From NCBI RefSeq assembly GCF_006345805.1, contig NC_043009.1, forward strand, positions 44,950,001-45,014,000: a stretch of DNA of 64,000 bases. The letters are read 5' to 3'. Positions 13,168 through 24,196 of the stretch are shown one piece after another. Position 1 is the first letter of the stretch; each line of letters begins with the position of its first letter. The translations under genes and the position numbers were made by a program. Origin of the DNA: Octopus sinensis. Its lineage: Eukaryota. Below the pieces are notes generated by a model. That model saw only the letters and a program-made list of their open reading frames with translations. It had not been told where the DNA came from and ran no database searches.

Positions 13168-13544
13168 TACATTTTGGCATTGAAAGCTACACCAATGCCA
13201 GAACGGGACGACACTGCATGGTGCCAAAGATCCCAGCAATGCCATCACGCTTCAGGTCCAGTTACTGCAACAGCCTGGGTTTCAAGGGCCCACAGCTTTT
13301 TAATATTCTCCCAAAGAGTCTGAGGAACTTGCACAAAGTAGATGTAGGGTTTTTTTAATCAAAGCTGGACCTCTTCCTGTCGAGAGTCCCAGATGAGACT
13401 ACCTCACGACAAGAGGTGCAAATGAGGGTAGCTATATCAAACTCCATTCTTCATCAAGTGCCACATATTAGAGGAGGCTCCTAGTAATAACAGTGTAGCG
13501 CAAAACGGCGGTGCATCAGCATGGCCGCAGCTCTGAGCTGAAAC

Positions 13545-13548
<4 letters not shown>
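13168..13548 (+). mobile_element. 3' end of a CR1/L2-group LINE (ORF2 C-terminus and 3' UTR)
   Basis: RTGRHCMVPKIP...NSLGFKGPQLFNILPKSLRNL...KLDLFLSRVPDE...SNSILHQ, stop at ~13482, then a tail shared with SINE family B. Confidence 0.8.
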
Positions 13549-13580
<32 letters not shown>

Positions 13581-13709
13581 CTACAGCTTATTGTTGATCT
13601 CCCTCTTCGACTCGTTTATTGTCCTCCCACTGCTGTTTGTTCTTTATTGTGTTCCTACGTATTTCACCATCCTGCTGTCCCCAGCATTTTGTGTTATTAT
13701 GAACAATAG

Positions 13710-14060
13710 GTCAGTGTTTCTCAAACATTTTTTACTTATGGGCCCATTTAATTCCCATTTTATTCGGATGGATTCTCCTCGCCATTCGATGTTTAATAAA
13801 GACCTATTACCTGTGTTAAGAATTACTTCTTTAACTGTGTCCTATTTTATGTTGAATTCACTAAGATCCAATATTCACCCTTAATTATGTAGCGTTTACT
13901 ACTCTCCAATTATTCTTCACCTTGAATCTATTTCTAAACGTATAATATGCCACATGCAGTTATCAACGCATTTATATTTTTTAAGATATTAAATATTTCG
14001 TTCTATTTACAATATACAAGAACAATGAAATATGAAGTGAAATTGAAGTTATTGCTTAGA
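13710..14060. mobile_element. hAT-like MITE remnant
   Basis: Begins cagtgtttctcaaac (Charlie-like terminus); interior is homologous to 7130-7335. Confidence 0.45.
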
Positions 14061-14334
14061 ATATATTTATGCATGTTTAACTTTGTAAGCAGCTGTGTAT
14101 ATTCAAGTACATTCCCTTCAGGTCATTGGAATGTTTTTTTGGTGGTTTACAACTAGGATGTAAGTAGTTCAGGAAATTGTTTTTGATCAGCAGAGGTGCC
14201 CGTAGCTTAAGTTATTTTTGGCCTTATTGGATTTATTCCTTTGTTTTGACAATGTAAATGCCAAAGGTTCAAAGTTTAGTCCAGTATTTAAAAAGTAATT
14301 GGGTGTCTCTTTTATCTTTTACATGTTTCTATCA

Positions 14335-14522
14335 GTAGACAGTGGCCATGCTCGGGCGCAAGCTGGAAGAATTTTTCGTCGAATGAATCGACCCCACTAC
14401 TTTTTTAAAGGCTGTTATTTATTCTGTCGATCTCTTTTGCCGAACCACTAGGTTGAGATTTGGATTGTAAATGAATCAAACCGGTTGTGAATCGGTGGTT
14501 AGGCACACACACATACACACAC

Positions 14523-14568
<46 letters not shown>

Positions 14569-14985
14569 TATGTATGTATGTATGTATGTATGTACGTATG
14601 TATGTATATACGTATGTATGTATGTGTGTATATATATATAATCCAAATATGAACAAGCAAGAAAAAACAACAACGCGAGGACGTGGTACAAGTACTGTGT
14701 TATTGGACGCTCAGGAAAGGAAAGAAAAGAAAGAGAATTTCACGTTTCGAGCGGAGCTCTTCCTCAGAAATATAGAAAAAGTCCAAAGAAGGAAAGGCGG
14801 AGAAAGAAAATCGCCAACGATGCACATATTGAAATTCGATGGACTTCTTTCAGTTTTCGTCCAAATCTGCTCTCAAGGCATTGGTCGACTATAGTAGAAA
14901 ACACTTGCCCAAAGTTCCACGCAGTGGTATTGAACCTGGAACAAACGTTGTTGAGAAGCAAACTTCTTACCACACACAACGCTGG
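14335..14985 (-). mobile_element. SINE family B copy split by microsatellites and a Penelope-like terminal repeat
   Basis: 3' half at 14335-14510, 5' half at 14835-14985. Confidence 0.7.
14737..14771 (-). ncRNA. Minimal type-I hammerhead motif (canonical core, GUG at the cleavage site)
   Basis: auuu CUGAGGA A GAGC ucc GCUC GAAA CG UG aaau. Confidence 0.65.
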
Positions 14986-15399
14986 CGTGTTTACTTATTC
15001 ATAATGAAACCTTATAAGGGTTAACAAACGAATGAAAGTAGATGGTATGTTTTAGCTGGTCAGTTTCTTTACTTGTTGTTGCTATTATTTAGGGTATTCC
15101 CCGTTGTATTTGGATGGTGGGGGTTATTAGTCGGGTATGTCATAGTGTTGTTAGTATAGAAATGTGTTTATCTTGTGCTTTGATGTTCACAAGCGGATGA
15201 GGGTAGGTGTAAAGGTTGTGGGTCGGTATGGTTCTCTCAAGGGATTCAGTGTTCCATAAGGAATTTGATTAATATGTAGAAAATATATTAGTATATACAC
15301 ACTTTTTCATAATGCTCCACTTTCGCATGTATCCATAGGCCTAAAATGATATATTATAAATTAGTCACATTTGAAACAGAATGCCTCCAGAAAACGCAA

Positions 15400-15945
15400 G
15401 GGTTAAAATTTCTACATTCTTTTGTGAACCCTTTACAAATTCCATCACAAAAATGTTGACACACCTAATTACAAAGTTTTTAAATATTGGACTTAAACTT
15501 TGAAACGTTTCCCTTTACATTATCAGAGCAAAGAATTAAATCTCATAAACCTAAAAATAACTTAAACTGCGGGCACATGAACTGATCAAACAAACTTCCT
15601 ATCCCAATCGACATCTTTTTTGTGAGCCACTAAAAAATAATCTCATGACCTGAAAGTAACACACCAAAATATACACACCTGCCTGCAAAGTTCTCCATGC
15701 AAAAAGAAACTCAAAACAACAACATAACCCTAAATTTAATTGATAAAGATTTCTCTAAAATAGTTCTCCATCACAACACAGCCTACAACCTAATTACCAC
15801 TTCACTCAAACCCACATATCAAGGAAGCTTCTAACTCAACACAGACTACACAAAGCCAAGAATACCTTCACTGCTTCGCACTCCGACACTGGCTTAGCTA
15901 TCCGAAACTTTGAAGTCACTGTCGATAATATTCTTGTTTAAGAAT
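15400..15945 (+). mobile_element. Possible Penelope-like 3' remnant with a degenerate hammerhead end
   Basis: A/C-rich degraded coding-like sequence ending ccGAAACtttgaaGTCactgtc, similar to the motif at 62419-62437; no catalytic core present. Confidence 0.3.
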
Positions 15946-16014
15946 ATATATACATGCATGTATATATAAACACACACACACACACACACACACATACATA
16001 TATACATATATACA

Positions 16015-16180
16015 TATACGACAAGCTTTCTTCAGTTTACGTCTACCAAATCCACTCACAAGGCTTTGGTCGGCCTGAAGCTACAGTAGTGGACACTTGC
16101 CCAAGGTACCATGCAGTGGGACTGAACCCGGGACCATGTGGTTGGGAAGCAAGTTTCTTACCACACAGCCATGCCTGCGC
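16015..16180 (-). mobile_element. SINE family B 5' half
   Basis: Reverse complement of ggcatggctgtgtggtaagaaacttgcttcccaaccacatggtcccgggttcagtcccactgc. Confidence 0.8.
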
Positions 16181-16762
16181 CTCTCATTATAGATAACTTT
16201 AAAATTATCTAAAGATGCTTGATCTTGAATTTGTTTAAAAAAAAAATATTTATCTGAAACAGTGTTGAAGCCAATATTGGTATATTTGGGAAGAGTCATA
16301 ATTAATCTTTTCTTACTTTGGTAAAAAAAAAAAATGGGGGGTGGGAAAGTCGATTACATCGACTCCTGCGCTTAAATGGAGCTTATTTTATCGATCTCGA
16401 AGGGATGAACGGCAAAGTGTATCAGCGGATTTGAACTCAGAAATAAAAACGGACGAAAGGCCGCTAAGCATTTTGACTGGAGTTCTAAAGATTGTGTGAG
16501 CTCACAACCTTAAGGGTCGTAATTAATAAAGTCTATAAATACACTCGCCCGTTGTTGTTTGTCTATATTTCACTTCTTTTGAGGTTTTTCCCAGGTAAAT
16601 GATATTTCGTTTGTCTCCTAAAAATATTTTTCACTATATTTTAGCTTCCTAAGTAACTGTACAATTTTTTTGTAGTTTTTTTCTTATAAATACAACAATA
16701 TTTATAAGTAAAGTCAGTTGAAAACTAAAATCCAAGCATTTAAAAACAATTAATATACAGCT

Positions 16763-17150
16763 GGAGGCGCAATGGCCCAGTGGTTAGGGCAGCGGACTCG
16801 CGGTCATAGGATCGCGGTTTCGATTCCCAGACCGGGCGTTGTGAGTGTTTATTGAGCGAAAACACCTAAAAGCTCCACGAGGCTCCGGCAGGGGATGGTG
16901 GTGATCCCTGCTGTACTCTTTCACCACAACTTTCTCTCACTCTTACTTCCTGTTTCTGTTGTACCTGTATTTCAAAGGGCCGGCCTTGTCACTCTCTGTG
17001 TCACGCTGAATATCCCCGAGAACTACGTTAAGGGTGCACGTGTCTGTGGAGTGCTCAGCCACTTACACGTTAATTTCACGAGCAGGCTGTTCCGTTGATT
17101 CGGATCAACCGGAACCCTCGTCGTCGTAACCGACGGAGTGCTTCCATCCA
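16763..17150 (+). mobile_element. tRNA-head SINE (body P + tail T1), full length with TSD
   Basis: Head ggaggcgcaatggcccagtggttagggcagcggactcgcg...ggtttcgattccc; 11-bp TSD aatatacagct at 16752 and 17151. Confidence 0.9.
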
Positions 17151-18074
17151 AATATACAGCTAGGTGGTGACATATCAACTGCTTTGGAAAAAGAAAATGA
17201 AGTGAAATATAAACAAATAATAACCGGCGAATGTGTTTATAAGTTTTACAGATTGTCTCTCCACATATAGCAATATAAAAAAAAAAAGAAAAATGTGTGG
17301 GGCGGATGGGTGTATATGTACGTGTGTGGGTGTGTGTGTGTGTGGGGTGTGTGTGTGGGGGGGGTGTGTGCATGTTTATACCACTTCGTTGTTTCATATT
17401 CAAGCTGTAACTCTGAAGCGTAACAACTCTGATTTGATTAGTTACACACTTCCCCTCCCTCTTTTCTCTCTCCCTCCCTCGTTCTGTCTATCAATCTATC
17501 TATCTCTGTCTCTCCCCCTCTCTCTTGTGTTTACGTGTTTCTTGGTAGTTAAGCGTCAGATTAAATAATATTGTGACAAAGAGCAAGTTTTTCTTTGGAT
17601 ATTGAAAATACATTGTCTCCGTCTCCTACTTATTTCAGTGCTTCGCTCGACTGACAACCCACTTTTATGAATATGATTTGAGAAATAGAAATACTTGCAC
17701 AATAACACTACACATAGAATAATCATTCTTTGTCGGTGCGTAAAAATAAGCAACAGGATATCAAGTAGTAATGCTGTACGACCGTTTCAAGCAATTCCAT
17801 TTAATTGAACAGTGCAATCATTACATCAATTTAAATGCAGTGATATTTTCAGCTGCACAAAATATGGAACTTTGTAACAAGTAGGACACATTAATATAAT
17901 TTTTCTTAGATATTTTATCAGAGTAAGAAGATGGAAGAAATTCATGTTGTCGCCATTGTAGCAGAGTGGCTAAGAACAGGCAACAGTTTCTTAGAATCGC
18001 ATGGAGCATAGTGGGGTCATAGGGTTGTAAGGGCTGTAATTGATATCTAATTTATCTCTATCATCTATTAAATC

Positions 18075-18125
18075 TGAGACTAGAAGACTGTGTCAATTCA
18101 AAATAGACACAGTCTTCTAGTCTCA
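18075..18125. other. Perfect 20-bp inverted repeat with an 11-nt loop
   Basis: tgagactagaagactgtgtc-aattcaaaata-gacacagtcttctagtctca. Confidence 0.9.
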
Positions 18126-18951
18126 AATAATTACTTAATGCACTTTACATATATACTTTATATATGCTTTATACACAATTTTATAGACTTCATACACAGC
18201 ACTCATAAAATAAATATTATTTACCCGTAAACCAAAAAAATATCCCGTGCATACGATACAACTTTTACATAAATTGCATGTATCTGCCACGCTTATAAGC
18301 TTGAATATTTTACGGAATTGCACTTATGCGCATGCGTTAACTGATAGGTGATATAAAAAAGAAATTAGTTCATTTTTTTTTTTAAATACATTTTTCATTA
18401 TCAAATCACCAACACCACCTCTCCCCTCACTCTCTCTCCACTCGCCCTCCTCTCTCTCTCTCTCTTCCTTCTCTGCTTTCTTTAATCTCACCATCAGAAC
18501 ATCACCATTCTGCTAAAATTATATTTTTAACTCTCTTCTACCTTCAACTAACTTTTTTAACCACGTAATAAATATTACGTCCCCCCTATCTCACGTCATG
18601 GACGCTTCTCTCTCCTTCAATTTCTTTCTTCCTCTTCGCCTTATCCACTATTTATCTCTCCTTTTTCTTTCTCTTTTCTTTCCCTTCGACTAATCGCGTG
18701 AAATCGTTACAATTATGTTCCCGCTACCTCACGTCAAGGACGTTTCTCTCTCCGGCTTCCCCCCTCTTTGTCTCTCTCTCCCTCTTTACTCTAATCATGT
18801 GAAATTGTTACTGACGGGCAAAGTAACACAACGATAAGCTGGATTATTTTATAGCTGTAATGAAGTGACGCTCATCCATCTGTTTGTTATTTATGTATGT
18901 GTGTGTGTGTGTGTGTGTGTGTGCGTGCGTGTATGTGTGTATGTATGCATG

Positions 18952-18989
<38 letters not shown>

Positions 18990-19044
18990 TTTACATATAG
19001 TATTAAAAGTAGAGAATACTATGAAGGAAATGCATGATTTCTTA

Positions 19045-19660
19045 ACTCGACGGCTGTTTCAGGTGAAAGTGATATATGTGAAGTAGATATAAACCATGAA
19101 CATGACAGTGATTAGACTTTGTAGAAACATCAACCAAAGAACGTGAAAACTTCAACCAGGCAGAACTTGATAATTTAGTTAAGAGACCTAGGACTGTCAA
19201 AAGAGTTATCAGAACTGTTAGCTTCTAGGCTTAAATAGAAAGATTTGTTGCAGAAAGAAACAAACGTGACTCTTTTATCGGAACAAGGAAAAAGGTCTCT
19301 TGGCAGTCTTTACAATAGGACAAGATTTTGTTTACTCTTGTGACGTAGCGGGACTGTTAAATGTGATGGGTGTTGAACAGTATGATCCTAGAGAATGGAA
19401 ATTCTTTATAGATAGTTCAAAGGAGAGTCTAAAATGTGTATTACTCTATAATGGAAATTCTTCGATGTGCTTCCTATTGGCCACTCTGTGATCACTTAAA
19501 AGGTGTATTAGATTTACTTAAGGATGATGAACACAAATGGGTCATATGTGTGGACCAAAAATGGTCAACTTTTTACTTGGAGGGTATACAAAACATCCGT
19601 GTTTCCTGTGTTTATGGGATAGCCAAGCGAGAGGCAAACATTGGGAACATTGGTTGGCCT
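19045..19660 (+). pseudogene. DNA transposase fragment, Chapaev3-like (CMC superfamily)
   Basis: FNQAELDNLV.DLGLSKELSELLASRL...WKFFIDSSKESLKCVLLYNGN...EHKWVICVD...GYTKHPCFLCLWDSQAR, frameshifted. Family name is from recall. Confidence 0.7.
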
Positions 19661-19943
19661 GGGTTATATTTGGAGACACCGGTCCGAAGCACTGCGCTGT
19701 GGGCCTGAACTGCAAACTACGTAGTTGCAACAAGACAGGCATGCCAAATGGTTTTATAGGAGATGATACAGAAAATATACATTATTACAAATCATTAATA
19801 AAATGAAAGTAAATGAAAGTAGATTCTCATTACAAAATATTAATAAAATTCAACTGAATAACAAATAGCGCATATTTAATAGCAACAATGAAACTGCCAC
19901 GAGAAAACTGACTTGTCAAACAGGTACAAATCGTGTCTCCGTG

Positions 19944-19995
<52 letters not shown>

Positions 19996-20174
19996 GTGTG
20001 TGTGTGTGTGTGCGCGCGCGTGTTTTGTTTCAGGTGTCTGGTGTAGTCTGTCGTCGTCGTATATTGTTTATTGTTCGCTTTTCAACGTGCTGATAACGCT
20101 ACAGCAAATGTATTCCCGGTTTAAGCGCAAGGTCTCCCTTCGTATGAAGCCATAGCGTTTCTTTGTTTTGACTT

Positions 20175-20330
20175 TCTCATTGTTTTCTTGGCAGAGATAT
20201 TGGTGTGGTTTGCCATTGCCTTCCCCAACTGGGTGGCCGTTGGCTCACATGGAGGTCATCTACACTTCGACAGGTCTTGTTTTTTAGTCCTGCTCGTTGT
20301 CCAGACACCCTCCTTGATGAGATCTCTGGA
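20175..20330 (-). mobile_element. RTE-type retroposon 3' tail
   Basis: Minus strand ggggaaggcaatggcaaaccacaccaatatctctgccaagaaaac resembles the RTE/BovB tail. Confidence 0.55.
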
Positions 20331-20474
20331 CTGACTAAATGTAGTTGTGAGCAGAAACAGACACAGACACATACTCGGCCGTCTCGTTTTTGACCCAACC
20401 GAACGTCAAAGATATAACTGGTGAAAAAAGAAACTGCTGCACCAGCACTAAGATGGTATGCATTTACAGCTGAT

Positions 20475-20710
20475 AAGGCGGCGAGCTGGCAGAAACGTTA
20501 GCACGCCGGGCGAAATACTTTATGGTATTTCGTCCGCCGCTACGTTCTGAGTTCAAATTCCGCCGAGGTCGACTTTGCCTTTCATCCTTTCGGGGTCGAT
20601 TAAATAAGTACCAGTTACACACTGGGATCGATATAATCGACTTAATCCGTTTGTCTGTCCTTGTTTGTCCTCTCTGTGTTTAGCCCCTTGTGGGTAGTAA
20701 AGAAATAGGT
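20475..20710 (+). mobile_element. SINE family A, full length with TSD
   Basis: aggcggcgagctggcagaaacgttagc...gagttcaaattcc...aaagaaatag; 13-bp TSD catttacagctga at 20461 and 20714. Confidence 0.9.
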
Positions 20711-21151
20711 ACACATTTACAGCTGAGCAGACTGGTTCTCATTTACACCTGAATAGAATGAAACGACGTACCTTGCTCACGGACAAAAATAACAACAAAG
20801 CCATATATCTTCAGGGAAAGTATGTTACAAGCAACCACGTCATACATCATACTCGCTTGCAAGTGACGGCAAAGCACATCTATGTATGTGTGTGTGTGTT
20901 TGTGTAGGTAAGTAGGTATGTAGTATACATATATGTATGTGCGTGCGAGCGCGCACCTGTGCATTGTTGCTGTTTTACTTGAAAAGGAAAGTGTGAGTTG
21001 AGAGAAAAGCGCTGCCCACCAGCAATATTGCTAAAAGACAGGTGAATGTGACAAGAATGCGCCTGTAGACGATGTGGAGAGAGCACTTGCCCTAGTGGTT
21101 AGGGCCCCTGTGGTTTTGTAACTGACGCTCCGTTTAATGGTGGGGGAAACT

Positions 21152-21591
21152 CGGGGTCTGATTAAGACCCACAGAGGCCCTAAGCACTTAAAAGGTTTTG
21201 GTGGCCTCAAGTATATGTAAATGGTTCAAAATGTAAACGATAATAAACCATAAAATAAATTTCTATTTTTCAAAATGAAACAAAATTCACAGTAAGATGG
21301 AAAATAATGTTTATTTTTGTATGCTTCCATTTCATTTATATTTGAAAAGTTTTCTCCTTTGTTTTGTTTTTTTTTATTGAAAAGTGTTCGATATCGCGAT
21401 ATCGTTAAAATTAATTTTACGTAAAACTTTTGCTTCTATAATTAGTAGCGAGAAACTATTACGAATATTATCTTAGCAAGTTTAAAGTGATTTCTTTCGT
21501 GCCGTAAACCATTTTCATTTATGTGGTGCCCCCGTCCCATTGATGCCCTAAGCGCGTGCTTATTTTGTTCAATGGGTTAAATCCAGCGCTG
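21152..21591. mobile_element. hAT-like MITE
   Basis: 8-bp TSD gggaaact / gggagact; degenerate TIRs (c.g.g...gatt); subterminal gccctaagc motifs at both ends. Confidence 0.55.
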
Positions 21592-22029
21592 GGGAGACTT
21601 GCACTGTCAATCACTTAAAATCGCAGAAACTGGCATTAACTCCAACTCAAGGAGACGAAAGGTTTGCGACAGAAGTTTGTGTGTGTATATGTGTGTATAT
21701 GTGTGTGCGTGTGTGTGAGAGAGAGAGTGTGCACGCGCGTGCGCGTGTGTCTATTAAAGATGAATAAATGTATGTCAAATAACATACAATTACTACCTTC
21801 GTTTATTGAAACTATCTGCCCTTCGGGATAACTTCATACATACACACACACACATACATACATACATACATACATACATACATACATACATACACATGCG
21901 CGCGCGTATTTCAAACAATTACAAAGAATGCAGAAACTGGTACATCATCCAATTTATCTTTTAATTTTACAGTTAGTCATGCAGCATAACTAATTGGTTA
22001 AAGTGACCGACACGTGTTTCTGCTGCACG

Positions 22030-22477
22030 TGTATGTATGTTTGTATGTATGTATGTATGTATGTATGTATGTATGTATGTATGTATGTATGTATGTATGT
22101 ATTTATGCATGTATGTATGTATGTATGTATGTATGTATGTATGTATGTATGTATGTGCGTGTGTGTCTGTGTGTGTCTCTGTGTGTGTATGTATGTATGT
22201 ATGCATGTATGTATGTATGTATGTATGTATGTGCGTGTGTGTCTGTGTGTGTCTGTGTGTGTATGTATGTATGTATCTATGTATGTATGTATGCATGCAC
22301 GTATGTATGTATGTATGTGCGTGTGTGTCTGTGTGTGTCTGTGTGTGTATGTATGTATGTATGCACGTATGTATGTATGTATGTATGTATGTGCGTGTGT
22401 AACTGTGTGTGTCTGTGTGTGTGTATGTATGTATGTATGTATGTATGTATGTATGTGCGTGTGTGTCTGTGTGTGTC

Positions 22478-22510
<33 letters not shown>

Positions 22511-22518
22511 ATGTATGA
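22030..22518. repeat. Compound (TATG)n/(TG)n microsatellite with recurring 'gcgtgtgtgtctgtgtgtgtct' blocks
   Basis: Read directly. Confidence 0.95.
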
Positions 22519-23654
22519 CCTAGTGATTCGTTATCTAATTATCTAATATCTGGAATCCACCAAGCGAAACGTGTGGAGTTTTCATAAATTGTCATTAATT
22601 ATTCCGCCAAAGCAGCCTAGATAATGACACTCATAGAACAACGACCTCTTTACCCTCCTCGGTCGGTTGATTCAAGTTTTATTGGTGAATGGAGATCGCA
22701 TGGGTGTTCACGTGATAGTACTTACTTTAAAAAGTGAAAATATATGTTACTTTAATTTGGAGATAAATTTTTGAAATACTTTTTTTAAAATATTTTTTTT
22801 CCGAATTTACAATCAAAATATTTTTGATAATATATCATTTTAGGTTATTTTTCGTTTTTTTTATTTTGTTTTTATTATGCGTGCTGTAATGTTGATATCT
22901 TCCATAGAGCTTAACTCAGTAATTCCTAACCACTTCCACGATCCACTTAATTCTTGCAACCCTTACAAAAGCAATGCCACGTTTGAAAGTGAAATAATTT
23001 TCTAGCAACTAATTAATTTTATAATTAAAACTGTATATAGTGTTGTGAGCAAACAAACTGATAGTTGAAACATATTTTAACTTGTTAATACTTTTTTCAC
23101 GGTAGTTTGATAGGTGTTGGAACACCTTTGTCAGCTCAGAGCGCTCTATATGGATATATGAATTGGTGGGTGTTTTTCGAACTCTTTAGTACTCCTCAAG
23201 ACCAGATACTAAGAGAGGCAATCCTGAGCTAACTGTAAATCGTTGTTTTCTTTATCAGAAATCTGTAAATATTATTTGCTGATTGCGCCTTAAACTTGTC
23301 ACAAAGTACCAGTAATTCAAATGACTTTATACTATTACAAATGACTGGTGCTACAAATGACCATTGCGCGATGCACTGAAGGAGGTTCTGTGCGGTCAGA
23401 CGACTTGAAAGACATATCGACCAATTCCCTGTCAAATCAATATAGTCTTGAAATGTCTTCGATCACAATGTTGGCTATCAAGGTTGACATGGAACTAAAC
23501 AATAAGAGCAATGATGTCGTATTCATGTAGTTTAGGCCGATATTTCTTTTTTCTCGCAGCCTCGTTTTCATCTTCCTCTAAAACTGGCATGGGCAACATT
23601 TTTCAAGAATCAGGTTGCATGAGATGTGGCTCATCATCAAGCAGGCCATAAACG

Positions 23655-23905
23655 GTACTCCATTGGTTACGACAACAAGGGTTCTAGTTGATCCGACCAA
23701 CGAAATAGTTTACTCGTGAAATTAACGCGAGCACTCTACGTTAAAGTAGTTCTCAGGGAGATTCAGTGTGACACTGGTGACTAGGCTGGACCTTTGAATT
23801 ACAGGTACAACTCTTTTTTGCTGGCTAAATGGACTGGTGCAACGTGAAATAAAGTCTCTTGCCCAAGGACACAATGCGCCACCGGAAGTCGAACTCCCGA
23901 GCTTA
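23655..23905 (-). mobile_element. Degenerate tRNA-head SINE (body M + tail T1)
   Basis: Body 'ttgtgtccttgggcaagagactttatttcacgttgc' joined to a tail ending 'gttgtcgtaacc'. Confidence 0.6.
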
Positions 23906-24144
23906 CGCTCAGAAAGTCCTGCGGACCGCTAGTTTCCCATCACTGCTCTAAAATATATGACTTTTGGGACATGGCAAAGAAGCTCGCTTTGCAACCACGT
24001 GAGTTCAGTCCCACCATGCGACCCTGGGTAAGGGTCTTCTAACATATCCCAGGTTGGTCAATGTTTTGTGAGTGAATTTGGTAGACGGAAACTGTGCATC
24101 TCTATGAACCCATCGTATAAACATGCATAACGCGACGCATCCAT

Positions 24145-24196
24145 TTCCAAGTAAGTTATATATATATATATATATATATATATAACTTACTTGGAA
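24145..24196. repeat. 52-bp perfect palindrome centred on (AT)n
   Basis: ttccaagtaagtt-(at)13-aacttacttggaa. Confidence 0.9.

Noticed and set aside
16763-16835. tRNA-like sequences (also at 10530-10596, 41040-41110, 51505-51575 and 60370-60438)
   Set aside because: SINE heads: no closed acceptor stem or terminator, and each continues into a SINE body, with a TSD in the best copies.
21973-22523. Long ORFs such as MYVCMYV..., HTYIHT... and LSIYLSIY... (also at 43318-44422, 51886-52381 and elsewhere)
   Set aside because: Translations of stop-free microsatellites; no coding complexity.
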